Shown in pieces: positions 47,746-50,355 of a stretch of DNA of 50,355 nucleotides. The number at the start of each line of letters is the position of its first letter. Position 1 is the first letter of the stretch. Both the position numbers and the translations under genes were made by a program. Under the pieces are notes generated by a model. It saw only the letters and a program-made list of their open reading frames with translations. It was not told the DNA's origin and searched no databases. The stretch is from a phage: sequence record PZ871096.1. The stretch is one strand, 5' to 3'.

Positions 47746-47928
47746 ATGAAAACTGGTATTATTATTCTTTTCCTGATCCTTTTCGGTAGCCATTTAACCA
47801 TTAACTATGAGGGCATTATGGCCTTTTGGGGCAACTTGATGATTTTTGCCGCTGGTTCAATTACTGGCTACTCTGACGGGAAAAAGGACGGCGTTCGCAA
47901 GATGCTGATGGGACTTAAACAAAAATAA
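47746..47928 (+). CDS. small membrane protein
   Basis: ORF-track frame 47725-47928; ATG 47746 with GAGG SD; hydrophobic N-terminal half. Confidence 0.45.
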   Translation: MKTGIIILFLILFGSHLTINYEGIMAFWGNLMIFAAGSITGYSDGKKDGVRKMLMGLKQK

Positions 47929-47939
47929 GGGGATCTGAA

Positions 47940-48230
47940 ATGGCAAACAAAACTTACCGCAAACTACTGGTTAACGCTTTTGAAAACATTGCGCAGTGTA
48001 ACAAGTGGAACGACTCTAAACACTCGCCAGTCACAATGAAGCGCGCCGGATTCAAAAATGCTCGTTCATGGGCGCGAGCTTTCGCAGCTTGCTATATGCC
48101 GGATGGTGGACTAGGAGTGATGAACGATTTCTTGATCAACATGATAGAGGAAGCGGCGCGAGAGGATCGACCGCTGACACAGCGAGATTTTGACGACTTC
48201 GCGCGCGATGAGCTTTACTATCTGAGCTAA
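47940..48230 (+). CDS. hypothetical protein
   Basis: 96 aa ORF. Confidence 0.45.
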   Translation: MANKTYRKLLVNAFENIAQCNKWNDSKHSPVTMKRAGFKNARSWARAFAACYMPDGGLGVMNDFLINMIEEAAREDRPLTQRDFDDFARDELYYLS

Positions 48231-48273
48231 TAGCACTTTTTGTTAAAACTTCCGCAAGGGCATTTGATAAAGT
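48230..48273 (+). promoter_or_regulatory. conserved-box promoter
   Basis: ATAGCACTTTTTGTTAAAAC, hairpin AAGGGCA...TGCCCTT, TAAAGT at fixed offset. Confidence 0.45.
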
Positions 48274-48305
48274 GCCCTTATTGAAGCGAAACAGAGGAAA
48301 GCGCA

Positions 48306-48518
48306 ATGAAAATCAAAATCACCAAAATCGACACTATCAACGGCGACGGATCAATCACTCTTGAGCAATGTGGTTTGGTTGTTGGTGATGTGCTGGAAGT
48401 TGACGGCCATTTCAGCGACGGATCTTATTGTGTTATTGCGCCGCGTAACAGCGAGTTTATCAAGGCTGGCGACAATATTAGTGTTAACCATGACGAATGC
48501 GAGGTAGTAGAAGAATGA
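48306..48518 (+). CDS. hypothetical small acidic protein
   Basis: 70 aa ORF. Confidence 0.45.
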   Translation: MKIKITKIDTINGDGSITLEQCGLVVGDVLEVDGHFSDGSYCVIAPRNSEFIKAGDNISVNHDECEVVEE

Positions 48519-48778
48519 TCACGATTAACCTGTCAGAGCAGCAAGCGCGCATTATGTTAGCGGCCTTTGGTTGGCGAGATGATGACGGCATCAAGGCAAC
48601 TGTTAAAATTCCTGAGACGGTAGCGCGTGAAGTTTTTAACCAGCTTGAACACGCATTTGTTCCTGTTGGCACTGATCAGGCAGAAACAGCGGCTTGGTTC
48701 GGTGAGAACGGATACAGAGATCAGCAAGTCGAAAACTGGAAGCGCATAAACGAGACTATGGAGGAATCAGGTTTATGA
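48515..48778 (+). CDS. hypothetical protein
   Basis: ORF-track frame 48497-48778; ATG 48515 overlapping previous stop (ATGA). Confidence 0.45.
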   Translation: MITINLSEQQARIMLAAFGWRDDDGIKATVKIPETVAREVFNQLEHAFVPVGTDQAETAAWFGENGYRDQQVENWKRINETMEESGL

Positions 48779-49089
48779 TTTATATTCACTACTACCAAAT
48801 CGGAACTAACGAGAACAAGAAAGAGCATCGTTTCATCCATGATGATTTGGACAAGGCAAAGGCCCAGCAACAGGTTTTAGGCGGTGTCATTCAGGCTTTT
48901 GAGCCTGTAGAAAATATTGAGTACCGCGAGCATTTAAAAGATGTTGTTATTGATGAGATCTCTTGCTTGATTGATGATATGACAAATCACGGCCCTGGTT
49001 CCCCGTGGGAAGACGCAGGATCTGTAACGTGGGACAAGGCCAAAGTTAAGACGCTAAACAACTTTCGAGAGATTCTCGACGGTTTTTAA
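48775..49089 (+). CDS. hypothetical protein
   Basis: 104 aa ORF. Confidence 0.45.
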   Translation: MIYIHYYQIGTNENKKEHRFIHDDLDKAKAQQQVLGGVIQAFEPVENIEYREHLKDVVIDEISCLIDDMTNHGPGSPWEDAGSVTWDKAKVKTLNNFREILDGF

Positions 49090-49102
49090 TTAAAAACGCA
49101 TA

Positions 49103-49140
49103 GCCGTTAGAGCGCCTCAATCGCATTCTAACGAGCTATT
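49103..49140 (+). terminator. terminator-like hairpin
   Basis: CGTTAGA...TCTAACG stem followed by T-rich tract. Confidence 0.35.
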
Positions 49141-49159
49141 TTTCTGGTAAGGTGATTTA

Positions 49160-49288
49160 ATGGATGAGTACAAACAACCTTCGCAGTGGTGCAAAGAGAA
49201 GCAAGAAGAGGCACTGGAGCGCGGAGATGTAGAAGAAGCTATGAACTATTTCAAACTTGCGGAAGAATGGAAGGGGAGAGGGTACTGA
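49160..49288 (+). CDS. small acidic protein (42 aa, below ORF-track threshold)
   Basis: hand translation MDEYKQPSQWCKEKQEEALERGDVEEAMNYFKLAEEWKGRGY; stop TGA overlaps next ATG (TGATG). Confidence 0.4.
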   Translation: MDEYKQPSQWCKEKQEEALERGDVEEAMNYFKLAEEWKGRGY

Positions 49289-49518
49289 TGTTCGGCATGA
49301 ATGAGGCGCAATTCAACGCAGCTAAACGCCAGGCTAAAAAGTGCGGCGAGGCGATGAAAGCGGATGTGGAAAAGCGCGGGAAGTATGTTGATGAAGTAAT
49401 GAAGGGCATCATTGCAGAACACTACCAGCCAATCGCGCCAATGTTGACGATCACTCAATTCATTTGGCTATGTGGTTACTTGCGCGGACGTTGGGGGAAC
49501 GCTTTCGACAGGGAATGA
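49288..49518 (+). CDS. hypothetical protein
   Basis: ORF-track frame 49186-49518; ATG 49288 with GGGGAGAGGG SD. Confidence 0.45.
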   Translation: MFGMNEAQFNAAKRQAKKCGEAMKADVEKRGKYVDEVMKGIIAEHYQPIAPMLTITQFIWLCGYLRGRWGNAFDRE

Positions 49519-49547
49519 TTGACAACTCTTTCCTGATTGGTTAGCAT
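49519..49547 (+). promoter_or_regulatory. sigma70-like promoter
   Basis: TTGACA (49519-49524), 17-nt spacer, TAGCAT (49542-49547). Confidence 0.4.
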
Positions 49548-49607
49548 GGCGTCGTTTACATAAGAGCGGCTTAGTCCGAACGCGTGACGCGATAGTCACA
49601 CAACAAC

Positions 49608-49666
49608 GGCGATATGCAGGAGGTTTTTGCAATGCAAGATAATCCGTAAGACGTATCGCCTTTTTT
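49608..49666 (+). promoter_or_regulatory. candidate leader-peptide attenuator (mini-ORF inside terminator-like stem)
   Basis: stem GGCGATA (49608-49614) / TATCGCC (49654-49660) followed by T6; between them SD AGGAGG and mini-ORF ATG CAA GAT AAT CCG TAA (49632-49649). Confidence 0.3.
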
Positions 49667-49680
49667 AATGGAGATTCAAA

Positions 49681-49914
49681 ATGATTAAATACAAATTAAC
49701 CGTTTCTTTCCGTGATACCGTTATTCATCCTTTCTACAATAGCTTTGTTAACAGCTTTACAGTAGAAGCTACAGAGGATCAGCTAGACGGTGACGAAACT
49801 TGCATTTCTATCGGTAATGTTGCTTACCCGATTCACAACATTACCAGCATTAAGCGTGAGGTTGTCGCTGATGAATTACAAAGTGAAGATGACGATCCGG
49901 CGAATGGGGCGTAA
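49681..49914 (+). CDS. hypothetical protein
   Basis: 77 aa; SD GGAG. Confidence 0.45.
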   Translation: MIKYKLTVSFRDTVIHPFYNSFVNSFTVEATEDQLDGDETCISIGNVAYPIHNITSIKREVVADELQSEDDDPANGA

Positions 49915-50056
49915 TTGCCAATCATGCAAACAGGAATATGAATGCGTAGTTGATGCTCTTGATGAACTGGAGGCAGTAGCAAAAGCAAAAGAGCAATCGG
50001 GCGCTAATCCTGAAACACATCAATTTTCAATTAACCTTGTGAGGGCTTTACAATGA
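49871..50056 (+). CDS. hypothetical protein with CxxC pair
   Basis: ORF-track frame 49790-50056; first ATG 49871; CQSCKQEYEC. Confidence 0.35.
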   Translation: MNYKVKMTIRRMGRNCQSCKQEYECVVDALDELEAVAKAKEQSGANPETHQFSINLVRALQ

Positions 50057-50277
50057 TCGCATTATCTTTCTGCATTGGTTTTATCATGGCTATCATTATC
50101 TTTTCCGTTGTCATGCGCTTTGCTTATAAGTTCGTGATTAATAAAGGTTGGTACGCTTCTGCCATCTGGAGCGAAAAACAAAAGAAATGGCTTGTACGTG
50201 GTCAATACCTGATGATCGGCAGCAAGATCCTAAATTCCATTCGAGCCAAAGATGGAAAAGTAAAATATACAGCTTAA
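50053..50277 (+). CDS. small membrane protein
   Basis: 74 aa; N-terminal TM helix FCIGFIMAIIIFSVVM. Confidence 0.45.
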   Translation: MIALSFCIGFIMAIIIFSVVMRFAYKFVINKGWYASAIWSEKQKKWLVRGQYLMIGSKILNSIRAKDGKVKYTA

Positions 50278-50282
50278 AAATT

Positions 50283-50305
50283 ACCCGCCGCACGGCGGGT
50301 TTTTT
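50283..50305 (+). terminator. intrinsic terminator
   Basis: CCCGCC-gcac-GGCGGG followed by T5. Confidence 0.7.
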
Positions 50306-50318
50306 ATTGCCCGTTGTC

Positions 50319-50327
50319 TGGTATAAT
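50319..50327 (+). promoter_or_regulatory. extended -10 promoter element feeding the gene at position 1 across the window junction
   Basis: TGGTATAAT; followed by AGGAGG at 50343-50348, 7 nt before the window end. Confidence 0.4.
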
Positions 50328-50355
50328 CAGGCATCTAACAAAAGGAGGATTAACA

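Overview
The window reads as a complete, circularly permuted genome of a T1-like siphovirus (Drexlerviridae-type layout) of enterobacteria; this identification is an inference from gene content and order, since no database search was possible. Layout: (i) 1-19.9 kb, rightward packaging and structural module (TerS, TerL, portal, head morphogenesis, scaffold, two paralogous decoration-like proteins, major capsid, connector proteins, major tail protein, G/G-T chaperone with a -1 frameshift, tape measure, lambda-like M/L/K/I/J tip genes). (ii) 19.9-27.6 kb, mixed orientation: leftward lipoprotein operon, rightward RecE-like exonuclease/ERF/SSB cassette, leftward tail fibre with C-terminal intramolecular chaperone, primase and an HTH regulator. 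(iii) 27.6-34.1 kb, rightward helicase, VRR-NUC nuclease, Dam methylase, metallophosphoesterase and the lysis cassette (holin, SAR endolysin, unimolecular spanin). (iv) 34.1-40.4 kb, leftward operon of small genes including a P-loop ATPase and a C5-cytosine methyltransferase. (v) 41-50.3 kb, rightward array of about 30 small genes, most with their own promoter. No tRNA, CRISPR array, integrase or obvious mobile element was seen. The strongest unexplained signal is non-genic: 19 copies of a conserved 20-bp box (ATAGCACTTTTTGTTAAAAC), 16 of them followed at a fixed 18-nt distance by a -10-like hexamer across a GC-rich inverted-repeat spacer, and the rest inverted directly upstream of late-gene ribosome-binding sites. 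Other candidates are a GC-rich ~195-nt structured leader, two diverged copies of a TG/TA-rich element upstream of the two canonical sigma70 promoters, TAATCA iteron-like repeats, and a leader-peptide/terminator arrangement. All gene calls rest on the ORF track, motif reading and synteny only.
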